Shown here piece after piece: positions 37,861 through 52,836 of a stretch of DNA of 64,000 nt (position 1 is its first letter; each line of letters starts with the position of its first letter). The DNA is taken from the NCBI RefSeq assembly GCF_009914755.1, contig NC_060932.1; one strand, given 5' to 3'. This DNA is from the human T2T-CHM13v2.0 reference genome, Homo sapiens. A model generated the notes under the pieces. That model was given only the letters and a program-made list of their open reading frames with translations, did not search any database and was not told the origin of the DNA. The position numbers and the translations under genes were made by a program.

Positions 37861-40399
37861 CAGTCGTCGCCCCTGGAGCAGGAGCTGCATTGAGTTTTCA
37901 GGGAGAACAGTGCCCTTGGAGGGGCGTGGCCTGGAGAAGCCATCGTGGGGCAGGAATCCAGGATGCTCTTGTGTCGTGCCCAGTTGCGGGCTGGGCCTAA
38001 GAAACGATGTGGAAGAAGAAGCTGGAATCCCTGACCCCAGAATGTGATTGAGGGAAAGATGTTCCCAGACCTGATGATGCCAACCACGTTGCTGCAGCTT
38101 GGACTGTGCCAGACACCATTGGCAGAGCTTGCCAAGAACCATGTTCTTGACTCTCAGGTTCCCTCTTTGGGGGAGACACCACTGTGGTCCATACCCTGCA
38201 GGAGTCACAGTGGAGCTATTGTCCAAGATCAGACAGCTGGAAGGTGGTACGTCGGAAACTCTAAGTGTGGGCGCATGACCCAGGAGGCTGGCTTCACCTG
38301 AGCGTGCGCTGGAGCAATCCTGGAAGACTTCCTGCAGGCGGCCTTCCTTTCCTGCCTCCCACCACAATGCCTCACTCTGCAGGCATACTGGGTTGCCATG
38401 GTGTTACACCCCAGGCCTCTGCACTTGCTCCTACCCTGCTCCATCTGACAACACCCCCTTCCTGCTCAGATTCGACTCCCCCAGCTCAACCCCTTCCTGG
38501 GAGAGTCACCAGCACATCTGTGCCCAGGCCACACAGTACACAAGTGCTGAGCCCAGGGTTTGATCCAGTCTGTTCGGCACCAGAGTTTTTCACCTAAATC
38601 AAAGGGTGGATGCTTGGCACAGGGGCCTGCCCCAGCCTCTGCTTGTTACTGAGGGCCCAAGACATCCTTGCTGACTGTGTCTGCAAAGGACCTCAGAATC
38701 CTTCTGAGCACGGCTCTGGTGGCTCCACCAACCTAGCGCCATTGCCGTGAAGGGCAGATGTACCGGCTCTCCCAGCTGCCTCCACTCAGGGTGGCTGTCT
38801 CCCACCCCGTCCCAGCCTTGCCTCTCAGTGCCACCAGCAACCCTATACGAATGGCATTGTTGCCCTTTCTGGAAGAGCCAGCCCTGCCTTCACACATGCA
38901 GTGACTCCTTGGGGTGCAAGTCCTTCCTCTCTGAGTCCGGGCAAATGCAAGCATCACGGCAGCCCTTCCTGGGCATCAGAGCCAGCGAGGAGCAGTGACA
39001 GTGGCAGCCCATCTGCCAGTACCCACACCAAACTGCAGGGTGCGGGGTAGAGGTCAGGCGGCAGGAATGATGATGGCTGGGAAACAGGAAGGGGCTTTTA
39101 TTAGCTTCAGTTAAATTCTGCTGAACGCCTCCCTCTGTGCATTCGGGCTGGAGTGGGAGACATCCCTGAGCCAGGGCCTCCAAGGTCTGACGTGCACAGG
39201 CCTCTTCTGGGTGCTGCTGGAAACGCATGCCCAGAGGCAGCGGGGCCTGAGACTCTGCACTCTGCACTCCTGGGAGACTTTGGCATTCCCAGGAAATGCC
39301 AAAGCCGCTGGCTGGGGACCAGCTGGCATCCCCGAGTGGGGACACGGTGAGACCACATTCCTCACCCTCTCGCTGCCAAGGCCCACTGCCCATCCCACTG
39401 CAGCATTTATGCCTGCCCCTGGCCCCATTTCTCTCCCAATTCCCTCTACCCCACCACACCAGGGCCCCATCCCAGATGGTCCCCCAACAAACACAGCAAG
39501 GACAGCACCTGCCTGTGAATGATCTCCAAGAGACTGACCCAGCCTTGTGGGAAGGACCCTGTACCCAGAGAAGGGCCAGCCACCACCAAGGTCGCACAGC
39601 TGGTTAAGGAGTAGAGGCCAGGTGTGTGCTGCCTCCAGCATCAGGCCGCCTTCCACACACCAGGTGCAGGTTGTGAGTGGCTCTGCCTCTCTGCAGGCTC
39701 GGAAAGGGTGCTGAATCTCTCTCTCTGGACTTCATTTGCTCCTGGGGCATGTGGTAGGGGTGGCCACCTTTGAAATCTCGAGGCCTGTGGGCCTGGGGCC
39801 GACTGCTGGTGAGGAAAAGCACTGGAGAGAACTGTTGATCCCTGGATTTGGTGCAAGTCTGAGGAGGTGAGCAGTCACCCGCGGCCTCCTGACCTCCCAG
39901 CCAGGCAGAGGGCCCCTTCCCATGGCACTCATCTGGGGCCAGCTTGTGAAGCCAGAGAGAGGCAGTGGCCCTGCACCCTCCCACTGGTTTGCGACTCACG
40001 CTGCTTCCCCCTGCCCATCTCCTGCTTTACAGGACCCTCACCTGGGCACATCACATATGCATTCAATTCCCAAGAAACAGCTACTGAAGCAGCCAGCTTG
40101 GGTGAGAACCCCGGAACTCTGTGTGCCAGGCTGCGGTGGTGGAGGCAAAATGGCTTCCTCTCTGCAGAACCATAAGTTAGTAACTTCAGCAGCTGGACGA
40201 GGACCTGATGATTTAAAGGAGAACTTCTCACACCCAGGGTAACGTGGGTCACAGCCCCAGCCCGAGAGGGCTCTGAGAAGCCACGAAGGGCTATGGCTCC
40301 AACGCACCTCAGCCTTGGATCTCCCTCAGGAGCCCGGCCTCCCAGGCCCCTCCAGGCTCCCCAGGAGGTCCTGAAGCACAGGCTTAGGCAGTCTTGGAA

Positions 40400-40530
40400 C
40401 TATGAACTGGCCCATCTCATCCAGTATTACAGATGAGAAAACTGAGGCACACAAAGTCGAACAGATGCATCCAACCTCAAATAGCAAGTTAGGCCGGACA
40501 CGGGACCCATACCTGGTCTCTCCTCAGCCC
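40400..40530 (-). mobile_element. MIR fragment
   Basis: attacagatgagaaaactgaggcacacaaagtc. Confidence 0.75.
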
Positions 40531-40732
40531 AGTGTCTCACGGCAGCAGGCTGCATGTGCAAGCTCTTGGGGCTCTGTGTGTTTCATGTATGTTTCATGTA
40601 TCTCTGCAGCCACCTGCCCTGGGGCCGGCACCTGCTAAGACTCCTTCGCTGCCCTGGGACCAACCCAACCCGGAGCGGAGCTCAGCAGCATCTGCTGGCC
40701 CAGGGGCCTTTGCAGTGTTCTGGGCTGAGACC

Positions 40733-41226
40733 TGTGCTCTGGGCTGAGTTGTGCCTCCTCAAAGCTCTATGCTGAGGCCTCAACCTCAGGCCATCAGAAC
40801 GTGGCTGTGCTCTATGCTGAGGCCTCAACCTCAGGACATCAGAACGTGGCTGTGCTCTATGCTGAGGCCTCAACCTCAGGACATCAGAACGTGGCTGTGC
40901 TCTATGCTGAGGCCTCAACCTCAGGACATCAGAACATGACTGTGCTCTGTGTCAGGGCCTTGACACAAGGGATTAGGATTAAATGAGGTCACTGGGGTGG
41001 GCCCTGACCCAGGATGCCCGGTGTCCTATAAGAAGAGGAGATGAGGACACAGACATCCAGAGGGTGACTGTGTGAGGACGCAGGCAGAAAATGCCGTCTA
41101 CCTGCCAAGGAGAGGGGCCTTGGTAGAAACCAGCCCTGCCCACACCTTGATCTTGGACTCCAGCCTCCAGAGTTGTGGGAGGGTAAATGCCTGTGGCATT
41201 TGTCACAGAGCCCGAGCTGACCCACA
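40733..41226 (+). mobile_element. MaLR solo LTR (MLT1A/B-like) with an internal tandem expansion
   Basis: 5' gggctgagttgtgcctcctcaaa; 3' part aaatgaggtcactggggtgggccct...caccttgatcttggactccagcctccaga. Confidence 0.85.
40764..40949. repeat. 45-bp minisatellite, about 4 copies
   Basis: gctctatgctgaggcctcaacctcaggacatcagaacgtggctgt repeated. Confidence 0.97.
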
Positions 41227-41539
41227 TACCCCGGCTCGGGGAGGCCCATGGAGGGCCTGCAGTTGTCAATGTTGTTTCCTTACCTGTTGAAATCCCCTGG
41301 GTCTCCGGTCATTAGGGTCGGTGAGTTAGTTTCCCAACAGAATCATGGAGCATCAAGGCTCTGGTGGGTTTGGGAGGATGCAAGCTGGGCTTCTGATGCA
41401 GAAGAGGAGACATGGCCAGTTCTGTGACCAAGAACAATTCGCTAAAATAGAAAGTGGCTAAATATAATGTGGCTGAAAGCAAGGGAACTACCATAATGAT
41501 ATGTTAAAGGCCATTTGGTCTGAAATGACTCTTTGCAAA

Positions 41540-41855
<316 letters not shown>

Positions 41856-41858
41856 AGC

Positions 41859-41980
41859 TCTTTGCTGCTGCTGTTGTGAGAGTGTGAAGCTCTGTGTGTG
41901 CCGTGTCGGTTTTGTGACTCTTTGCTGATTGTGAGAGTGTGAAGTTCTGTGTGTGAAGCGTCGGTTTTGTGATCTTTACT
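41859..41980. repeat. About 58-bp tandem duplication
   Basis: ctctttgctg..ttgtgagagtgtgaag.tctgtgtgtg...gtcggttttgtga twice. Confidence 0.85.
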
Positions 41981-42035
41981 GAGGTGGCCGGATGTCCCGT
42001 CCCCTCTGCCCTTCTTCATTCCCAGTTCCCTGTGA

Positions 42036-42281
<246 letters not shown>

Positions 42282-43784
42282 TAATTTTGTCTAATGTTTC
42301 CCTTTGTCACTTTATTTCAAATTTCTTTTTAGACAAGCTACTGGTGCTTCTTGTATAAAACAGAATATTGGCAAAGAATAAAGAACCCGATGCCGTGTTT
42401 AACCCTTGTGAAAACAGCTGCTGAGCAATGATGGCTCCTCCCAGACACATTAGGTAGAAAGAGAGGATTTTTCTTACAAACTAAACACGAATTTTTTCTT
42501 TTTAGTCTCTCTTGGTTTATTTATGCCATCTAATCAGGGGTGAACATTTCTCTTCTACCCAATACTCCTCTGAGGCTGAACTTTTGGTTGAGACAAATTG
42601 CTTTGGGCCAAGTTAGGGGCACGGTGCTCTGGCCTGACCACCTGGGGCAGAGTTGCACCCCCAGTAGAGAGGGACCCAGCCTGGACCCCACCTGCTCACG
42701 CCTGAGCGGCTTTGAAACCAGGACTAATGAGTATCCCTGATCACCGACATCCATTATAACAAGCACTGGAGAAAGAAAGAAAGAAATCCTTACTATCCCA
42801 TTAGGAACACTCTAGGCAGGAACATTCCACTTCAAACTGATGCATGGATTTACTCAGGTGTGTGCGGAGGGGGTAGAGGAAACCCAGAGTCCGTGTGGCT
42901 GTCTCGGTGGAGGCTCTGGAGTGGAATGCACATTTTCCCAGGGGTTTTTGTCCAGGTGGCTCACCTGCCACAAGCTAGAGAGGCCCCTGCACCACCCAGT
43001 GCTGCACCTGCCTGCCAGCCAGCGCGTGAAGAGCCTGCTTCCAGCCTCACTCCTGTGTACCTGCCTCTCAGGCATCAAGGGACGGCCAGCTCATTAGGGC
43101 TGAGGGCACCTTGGGCGGCTGCCACTGAGGTGAGCACCCAGGCCAAGGACAGCACTCAGCTCCAGCTCCTGGAAGCTTCCAGACCCTGACTGGCCCCCAA
43201 ATATCCATGGCACAGTCTCAGGAGGAGGCACAGCATGGGGCCTGTTCAATGGAGGTGGGGGCTGCCTTCACTGTTAGAAGCACTGTCTGACTCCAGACGG
43301 GGACCCCCAACCCATGATGCCCGTGAGCATGGGGTGGCTTGGTTGGGCCTGTGGCCCAGCCTAGTGCCCTGAAATCTGTCCTCGTGTGTTGGGGGCCCAG
43401 GCAGCAGTCCTGGCTGTGCTCCCTAGGGGAGCCCCAAGTGCAGACGGGGCTGAGGGCTCCTGGGAGGAAAACCCAGGGTTCCAGTCCATGTTCTGCACAG
43501 GAGGTGTGTGGCTCCTGGCCTTCCCGGGACTCAGAGCAGAGAGGACGGCAACGATGGTGTCACAGGGCTGATCTGGAGCTGGGAGGAGACAGGCTCTGGG
43601 GGCTCCATGGAGTCAGGGCCTGGCGCCTCCGGCAGCAGCCTGGGAACCCCCAGCGTGGAGTCCACTCTAAGGCAGCAGATTCCTGGGGGTGAGACTAAGG
43701 GACCCACGAGGGTCAGGCTGAAGGCCACAGCCAGATTCGGGGGCACTGCAAGGCAGACAGTCTTGGTCAGTTCCCAGCTCCCCA

Positions 43785-43908
43785 GTACTTACTGGCTGGG
43801 TGACTGCGGTCACTCAAATTCTGCAAGCCTCGGTTTCCTTGTCTGGGAAATAGGCATAATGGCCAACCTTCCTGGGGTCACTGTGAAAATTAAATAAGAT
43901 AATGCATG
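43785..43908 (+). mobile_element. MIR fragment
   Basis: agcctcggtttccttgtctgggaaataggcataat...gtgaaaattaaataagataatgcatgt. Confidence 0.8.
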
Positions 43909-44298
43909 TGTGTTCCTCAGTTGGGGCTGCAGTAACACAGGACCACAGACTGCGTGGCTTAAACAACCGTTTACTGTCCCACGTCACAGCCCTGGAGGCT
44001 GGGGATCTGAGATGAAGGCGTCAGTAGGGTGGTTTCTCCTGAGGCCTCGCTCCTTGGCGTGTGGACGGCCGCCTTCTCCCTGTGTCCTCACATGGTCTTC
44101 TGTGTGCATGTCTGTCTCTGTGCCTACGTTTCCTGTTTGTAAGGACACCAGCCACCCTGGATTCGAGCCACCCTAATGCTGTCATGTAACTAGATCACTG
44201 CCAGAAAGACTCCATCCCCAAATAAGACCACACGCTGCAGTCCTGGAGGTTAGGACTTTAACATATGAATCTGAGGGGACATGATTCAGCCCAGACAA
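43908..44298 (-). mobile_element. MaLR solo LTR (MLT1A-like)
   Basis: ggggctgcagtaacac...ggcttaaacaac...ggttaggactttaacatatgaatctgaggggacatgattcagccc. Confidence 0.88.
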
Positions 44299-45127
44299 CG
44301 TGTGAGCCAAGGACATGTGGCGCTCAGTAAGTGGGGTCACTGGCGCAGGAGCAGGAGGGGGAGCGGAGAACGGCCTCAGGCACAGAGCAAGCACAGTCAG
44401 GGTCCAGGCCCCCTGCCCACGCCATCAGGGCAGCAACTGCCCAGTGGGCCCTCTTTGGGGCCAGGCAGCAGGCAGGTGCCTGGTCACAGTTTCAGCGGGG
44501 AGGGGGATTGGCTGGAGCAAGGGTCTGTAGGGACTCGCATGGCAGGGGTGTTCCCAAGCCATACACAAGCACCTCCTGGTGACATTGGCCCCAGGCAGAA
44601 GTGGCTGTCAAATGTCCCCTCAGGACCAAAGTGTCTGGTAATTGGTGATGAGTCCACAGCTGAACCTCTCCCAGGAACTGCCCTGGGACAGAGGGGGCTG
44701 CTTCACCCCGGGTCATGCCCTTCTTTGGGAGTGGGTCTCATTCCGTGACTGGGGAGGGGACCAGAGACCGCAGCCCAGGCATGGCCTCATGGCTTGGATT
44801 CAGAGCCTCACTAAAGTGTCATCCTGGGCCCAGGACGCTCCGTGGCGGGGCAGGGGCCTGTGTTGAGGCCGCATCCCAGTGGGGCATCTCCTTCTGCCCA
44901 TTTCTGCTTCCCTCTCTCCCCCCGGGCCTTGATTCCGGGAGCCCTCCATGCCAGCCTGCTGCACACACATCCCCACCTGCCCCCAGAAGCCGTCTTAGGA
45001 CAACTGGCACCTGGACTGCTCCAACAAAGCAAACTTTGAAATAGGACTGGAGCTGGGTTGTCTGCCGACCACTGGCCATGAGGACCCAGCACTGATGAAA
45101 GACAGTGGCCAGGGGGGCCCACACGTA

Positions 45128-45562
45128 CCATAGTGGGTCAAAGTGGCCCCCCTGAACCCATGCCCACCCCGAGCCTCAGAATGTCACCTTATTTGCAAAT
45201 AGGGTCCCTGGAGTTGTTAGTTAAGATGAGGTCATATTGGTTTAGGGTGGGCCCTTAATCCGATGACCTGTGTCCTTCTAAGAAGAGGAGAGGACCCCCC
45301 CCCAGAAGGGGGCCACCACGTGGTGACAGGCAGATATTGGGGTGACGCTTCTACAAGCCAAGGAACCAAAGACGATGGCCCCACCAGCAGCGGGGGCGGT
45401 GGGTGTGAGGCCGGGGCGGGTCCTCCCGCAGGGCCTGCAGGTGGAACCACCCTGCCCACACCCCGATTTCAGCCTTCCAATTCCAGAACCACGGGAGAAC
45501 CCATTTCTGCTGTTTTCAGCCACCGGTTTGTGGTAACGTGTTACAGTAGCCTTAAAAAGATA
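45128..45562 (+). mobile_element. MaLR solo LTR (MLT1B/C-like)
   Basis: cctcagaatgtcaccttatttgcaaatagggtc...ttaagatgaggtcatattgg...tttgtggtaacgtgttacagtagcc. Confidence 0.88.
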
Positions 45563-45599
45563 ACAACTCACTATGCAAATTACAAAACCTCACCAAAAA

Positions 45600-46490
45600 A
45601 TAGATAACCTGAATGAAAGCATCATAACAAAATCATCTGAACCAGTATTGACTAGTCAAATCCTTCAAAGACAACCCTTCGTTATATGAACTGTTCCTGG
45701 GAGAAGGAAAAAAAGGAGACGTTGTATGACTCAATTTTTGGAGGTTTATTTAATCTGATGTAATAGGATTTACTCCAGCAATACAAAGATAATTCAAAAT
45801 CAGAAATTCTAATAATAAAATATCACGCACCAAAAAATCAAAACAAAAACACCAGAAGATCATTCTCCAGGTGAAAAATAAAAAAACACCCTTTGGTAAA
45901 ATTTTAAATTCATTGTTCATTTTTTTAAACTCTTAAAAAATAAGTAATAGAAGAGAATATCCTTTTAACACTGGAGGAAGCGTATTACTAACCTGCAACA
46001 ATCGCGTTTAATGGTGAAACTTCTCCTTGAACTCAGGACAAGGCGTGAACACGCTGCCCATTTATGCAACCCCACTTGTACCTGATGACACGAAGGAGAA
46101 GAAAATGCACTGCAGGATGAGATTTGGAAAGAAATCAAACTACCCTTGTTTGTAGCAATAGGGATGTCTCACCTATCCAGGGATCCTAATGGGGGACTCC
46201 AGCCCCCATGCTGGATTCAATATTAATATCCAAAAGTTAAGGGAATTGTTTCCAGTAGAGATAATCAATTTGAACATGGGATTTTAAAAAATCTAGAGCA
46301 GCAAAAAGTATGAAGTCTGTAGGAATAGCACTAAGAGGAGATGTGCAAGTTTTCTATGAAAATAATTTCAGTATTACAGAAGAGCACAGAGATCTGAATC
46401 AACTGAGAGCTGTACTGTTTCAGGAACTAGAAGCTACACTGCAGTGAGTTACAACCTCAGGATCTCAGCAGTTTCAGCTGGCAATGATGT
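45600..46490 (+). mobile_element. Decayed L1M ORF2 fragments
   Basis: A-rich; ggatttactccagcaatacaaagataattcaaaatcagaaattc. Confidence 0.65.
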
Positions 46491-47270
46491 GGTCAGTGGC
46501 GTGCTGGTAAATGTTTAACAACTGGCTGTCCAGACCCAAAATAAAAATTTTAAATAAGATAACAATCCCTGCTCTTCACAGCAGAGAAAACAATCAACAA
46601 AATAAAAGGCAACTAATTTACAGATTGGGAGAAAATATTTGTCAACCATATCCCTAAAAAGGGTTAAGATCCAAAATGTCTAAGGAATTCCTGAAAGTCA
46701 ATAGCAAAAAGATAAACAATCCAATTTAAAAATGGGAAGAGGACCTGAATAGACATTTTTCCAGAGAGGACACACACATGGCCAACAGGCATGTGAAAGG
46801 TGCTTATTAGGGTCACCCAGGAAATGCAAACCAAATCCACAGCAAGATACCACCTGACATTTGTCAGAACGACTATTAAAAAAAGACAAAAGATAACCAG
46901 CGCTGGCAAGGATGTGGGGGGAAGGGGACCCTGGCACCCTGTTGGTGGGAATGCAGATCAGTACAGTCTCTAGGGAAAACAGTACGGGATGGGGGCAGTT
47001 CCTAAAAATACTAAATATTGAGCTACCATAGGAACCAGCCATCCCACTGCTGGGTATCTATCTGAAGGAAAGAAAATCAGAATATCACACAGATGTCTGT
47101 GCTCCCATGTCCATTGAGGCACTGTCAGCAACAGCCAAGACGTGTGGATCCGTGAAGGAATGGGTAAAGAAAATGTGGTGTATACAGTAGTTTCCCCCTC
47201 ACCCAAGGATTTACTCTCCGCAGTTTTGGTTACCCGCAATCAACCCGAGCCTGACAATATTAAATAGAAA

Positions 47271-48118
47271 ATGAACAGATATTTCTCAACAGAAGACATT
47301 TATGTGGCCAACAAACATATGAAAACAAAGCTCGTAATCACTGGTCATTAGACAAATGCAAATCAAAACCACAATGAGATACCATCTCATGCCAGTTAGA
47401 ACGGTGATCATTAGAAAGTCAGGAAACAATAGAAGCTGGAGAGGATGTGGAGAAATAGGAATGCTTTTACACTGTTGGTGGGAGTGTAAATTAGTTCAAC
47501 CATCGTGGAAGACAGTGTGGCAATTCCTCAAGGATCTAGAACCGGAAATACCATTTGACCCAGCAATCCCATTACTGGGTATATACTCAAAGGATTATAA
47601 ATCATTCTACTATAAAGGCACATGCACACATATGTTTATTGCAGCACTATTTACAATAGCAAAGACTTGGAACCAACCCAAATGCCCATCAATGATAGAC
47701 TGGATAAAGAAAATGTGGCACATATACACCATGGAATACTATGCAGCCATAAAAAAGAATGTTAATGCCCTTTGCAGGGACATGGATGAAGCTAGAAACC
47801 ATCATTCTTAGCAAACTAACACAGGAACAGAAAACCAAACACCACATGTTCTCACTCATAAGTGGGAGTTGAACAATGAGAACACAAGGACACAGGGAGG
47901 GGAACATCACACACGGGGGCCTGTCGGCGGGTGGGGAGCAAAGGGAGGGAGAGCATCAGGATAAATACCTAATGCATGCGGGGCTTAAATCTAGATGACG
48001 GGTTGATGGGTGCGGCAAACCACCATGGCACATGCGTACCTATGTAATGAACCTGCACGTTCTGCACAAGTATCCCAGAACTTAAAGTAAAATAAAAATA
48101 AGTAAATAATAAAATAAT
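47271..48118 (+). mobile_element. 5'-truncated primate L1PA (ORF2 C-terminus and 3'UTR)
   Basis: ORF 47356-47811 [11 protein letters not shown]...[19 protein letters not shown]...MWHIYTMEYYAAIKKN is the L1 ORF2p C-terminus; 3'UTR and A tail follow. Confidence 0.96.
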
Positions 48119-48222
48119 TACAGAAATAAGCAATTCATACATTTTAAATGGCATGCAGGTCTGAATAGCGTGATGAAATCTTGTACCTCCCACCAGGGAC
48201 TTGAATCTTCCCTTTATACCCG

Positions 48223-48357
48223 CACTGTCCACACCACACCACTGTCAATCACTCAGTAGCCGTCCCTGTTTTCTGATTGGCGGTCACAGCACTGTCCACA
48301 CCACCCTGCTGTCAATCACTCAGTAGCTGTCCCTGTTTTCAGATTGGCGGTCACAGT
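48223..48357. repeat. About 67-bp tandem duplication inside MER44
   Basis: cactgtccacaccac...ctgtcaatcactcagtagc.gtccctgttttc.gattggcggtcacag twice. Confidence 0.9.
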
Positions 48358-49071
48358 ACGGCTGGGCTTGTGTTCACTTCACCCTTGCTTTACTTCCTAA
48401 TGGCCCCAACCACAACAGTGATACCGGCAACTCAGATATGCCAAAGAGAAGATGTAAAGTGCTTCCTTTCAGTGAAAAGGTCAAAGTTCTTGATGTACTG
48501 GAAAAAAAAAATAACGGTATGATGAGGTTGCTGAGATCTATGGTGAAAACGAATCTTCCATCCCTGAAATTGTGAAGAGGGAAAAGAAATTCATGCTAAT
48601 GTTGCTGTCCCACCTTGAAATGCAAAAGGTGCGGCCACAGTGTGTGACGGGCACCCTGTGAAGATGAGGCAGGCAGCAGAGCTGCGGGTGGAGACACGGA
48701 CAAGAACGTGTGTGGATGACAGGAATCGGGTTGGGGGCCACAAGCTGTGGTTTCAGGCTCCCCTGGGGATCTTGCATAAGAGCCCTGCAGGTAAGGGGGA
48801 CGGCTGTACACACCACGGAATACTATTCAGCCTTAAGCAGGAAGAAAATCCTGTCGTGGGCCTACAACAGTCCAACTCACAGAAGCAGAAAGTGGAATGG
48901 TGGTGGTCAGAGGCCGCAGGGTGGGCAGGGCCAATGAGTCCTAGAGGTCGCCTCTGCAGCAGAGCACGTGCCGCTCCAACCCCACACCATCTACCTGAAA
49001 ATCTGCTATCACAGAAAGAAGAAAAAGGAGAAATAAGAAAGCCCAAGGCAACTTTTCGAGGAGATGAATAG

Positions 49072-49465
<394 letters not shown>

Positions 49466-50399
49466 CTACAGCTTTGTGCGTCTCAATCACATAACCTCAG
49501 TAATGTCGGGGCTTTTTTTTAAGTGAGGAACAATACACGCTAAGCTGTAAACAATGGTTACCTCTGGAGACTAGAATTACATACTTCCATGTTCTTGAAT
49601 TGTATACAATAAGCATGTATTAATTTTATAATAAAAAGTAAATTTCAAGACAAAAAAAGAAAGAGAACATTATAAATAAAAGCCTCACTTTCAGGGGGGA
49701 AAGGTACAGATGACTGCATTTGCAGATTTCCACCATTTGAATTTTCCCACCACAGCAGATTTCAGGCAAACATGAATTAAACCAGCTTGCAAAATTCCAG
49801 AAAATTGACCACCAGGCTTTCAAGGGCCCATGCCAGCCAATCTCAGACCTCATAGCGTGTTCCTCGCTCACATTTCCTGTCTGCTGCAGGTTGAGGGAGG
49901 GTGCAGATGGCAGAGCCATTGTCTCCTGTGCTGGAGGACACCATGCCAGAGGGAGCATGGTGTGTGAAGACAAGTTGTGCCCTGATGTGCCACACACCAC
50001 GCCACTGCTGCTCCCAGGCTGTCCTGTGGCCCCAGCTCGCCTCAGGGCAGGAAGTGCAATGGGCCTGGTTCTGGAAGGTGGGAGAGACCAGGCTGCCCTG
50101 GCAGCGGCAGGTGAGGACCACCGGCCCTGCATCCAAGCACAGGAGACTCAGTGCCCTGAGACGTCAATTTCCGTCTTTACATTCCAATCAAATTTCAACA
50201 GGGCTTTTCACAAAACTTACTAGTTCGTTAGAAATTAGCAAGGAAGAACAGAGGGTGCAGAGCAGCCAAGAAGTTGAGGAAGATGAGAAATCAACACCCA
50301 GGAAGTGACAGCAGCCACATGTGAGGGTCCTTCGTGCTCAGGGGGAAACTGGCTGAGGGGGCCAAAGCACCCAGAAACGGGTCCGCTCGCCTCTGGAGA

Positions 50400-51620
50400 G
50401 CTTGAGAAATGTCAGAGGAGGGGTTCAATTCAGTGTGAACTATTTTAACCATGCCCTAAATGGTGCTACGGTAACAACTGGATCTCCATAATGAAATAAG
50501 ATTAGATTTTTACTTCCTGCCAAACACAAAAATAAATCCCAGGCGGAATAAATCCGTAAATGTAAAGAACAAGACTTTGAGAAGGAAATATTAGATCATA
50601 TCTTCATAAACCTGAGGTTTATGAAGGGATTAATTAATTAAACAAGATATAAAAAGCCTGTGACCTTCAAACATGAGTCTTTTTGACAACAATAAAATTA
50701 AAGCATCTTATACAAGGAAAACTTCACAAAGGAAAAATGCAAGCCGTCAGCCGGGGGAAGATCTCTGCACCTACAGCTGAGAGAGGATTAGCAAGGACCG
50801 TGAACCCCTACAAATCAATTAGAAGTCAATCAGTCCAGAAGGAAGAGAAAGGGCCAGAGGCAAGCATAATCGAAACAGAAGAAACGTGAATGACCGATAC
50901 ACACAGTTTTTAATGTTCAGCTCAACCGTCAATCAGGGAAATGCAATGAAAACATGAACGTGCGCTTTAACCCCCACGAACGGAGCAGAACCTGAGGGGT
51001 GGCCGATGCCAGCAGTTAGTGAAGATCTGAAGCACAGAGAAGCTCACCCGGCTGACGGAGGGCGAATCGGGGCGGCCAGGCTGGAAAGCCGTTAGGTGAC
51101 GGGGAATGCGTTGAAGAGGTGCATCTCCCCCCCCGACCCCGGGTTAATTCTACCTCGGCCAGATGCCTAGAGAAGGTCACCGCAGAGTCCACAATGACAC
51201 ACAACGGCATCGATGGAAGCTTAGGTAGCAAAACTACGTATCAGCAAAAAATGGAAACCCCCAGCATAGCCGGCAGTAGGAGAGCGTGGACTAGTCGAGG
51301 TGGGGTGGCCACGTGTTCGCGCAGCGGCCCGGGGTCCAGCGGCTCTGCTGAGGGAAGAGCCTCAGATTCAACAGGGAAAAACCGGAACGCTTCATGTTGA
51401 AGGGGTAGGCTGAACACGGCATGATGCTGCTCATCTGAAACTTAAGATAATTGGGAAGCTGCAAAACAATATTACATGGAAATATGATTGGGAGCTCTAT
51501 GCAATGTGCATTATAGGAAGCTGAGACGTACCCGGAGGCGACACCACATTCTCTGCGCAGAGAGGGGCCACGGGAGCGGAAGGGTGCCGGGGCTGCCGCT
51601 GGATCTGCAGCTCGATTCTT
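50400..51620 (+). mobile_element. Decayed L1ME-like 3' region
   Basis: caaacacaaaaataaatcccaggcggaataaa...aatgttcagctcaaccgtcaatcagggaaatgcaatgaaaac. Confidence 0.7.
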
Positions 51621-51632
51621 TAAGAAATGCGT

Positions 51633-52294
<662 letters not shown>

Positions 52295-52498
52295 TTACAT
52301 GGGACCCACTATCGATTGTACTGTCTATAGTTTTCTATATTTTGGCAGACATCAACCAAATCAATCTCTACCCTGGTTCTTCCTTAGGAATAAAATTGCA
52401 ATTTGGTTGTGGTGGTGATATACCGAGTTTTGAAAAAGACTCAGCCTCCCCTGCAGATAAAGTACCATGTGACAGTCCTGTTCAAGAATATGTCACAG

Positions 52499-52803
52499 GG
52501 CTGGGCACGGTGACCCATGTCTGTAATCCCAGCACTTTGGGAGGCCAAGGTGGGAGGATCACTTAAGCCCAGGAATTCGAGACAAGCCTAGGCAACATAG
52601 TGAGACCCGTCTGTACCAAAAATACAAAAATTAGCCAGGCATGGTGGCACACACCTATAGTTCCAGCTACTCAGGAGGCTGAGGTAGGAGGCTTGCTCGA
52701 TCTGGGGAGGTCGAGGCTGCAGTGAGCTGCGATGGCATGACAGGACTCCAGCCTGGGTGACAGAGTGAGAACCTGTCTCAAAAAACAAACAAACAAAAAA
52801 AAA
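52499..52803 (+). mobile_element. AluJ-like element
   Basis: ggaggatcacttaagccc and gtcgaggctgcag diagnostics; TSD-like aagaatatgtca / aagaacatgtca. Confidence 0.93.
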
Positions 52804-52836
52804 GAACATGTCAGTGGGCATGGCTATGTGGTGGAT

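Larger units (their letters stand above)
47185..48806 (+). mobile_element. MER44/Tigger7-like DNA transposon with TA TSD, split by L1PA
   Basis: TA-cagtagtttccccctcaccc...ggtaagggggacggctg-TA inverted termini. Confidence 0.88.

Noticed and set aside
37735-38367. 210-aa minus-strand ORF and overlapping plus-strand ORFs
   Set aside because: Partly translated from a polypurine tract; no recognisable domain or splice structure.
40764-40949. Regularly spaced repeats that look superficially CRISPR-like (also 63323-63721)
   Set aside because: Head-to-tail units with no unique spacers, no cas genes, eukaryotic context.
47356-47811. 151-aa ORF with clear protein homology
   Set aside because: L1 ORF2p C-terminal remnant of a truncated L1PA, not a host gene.
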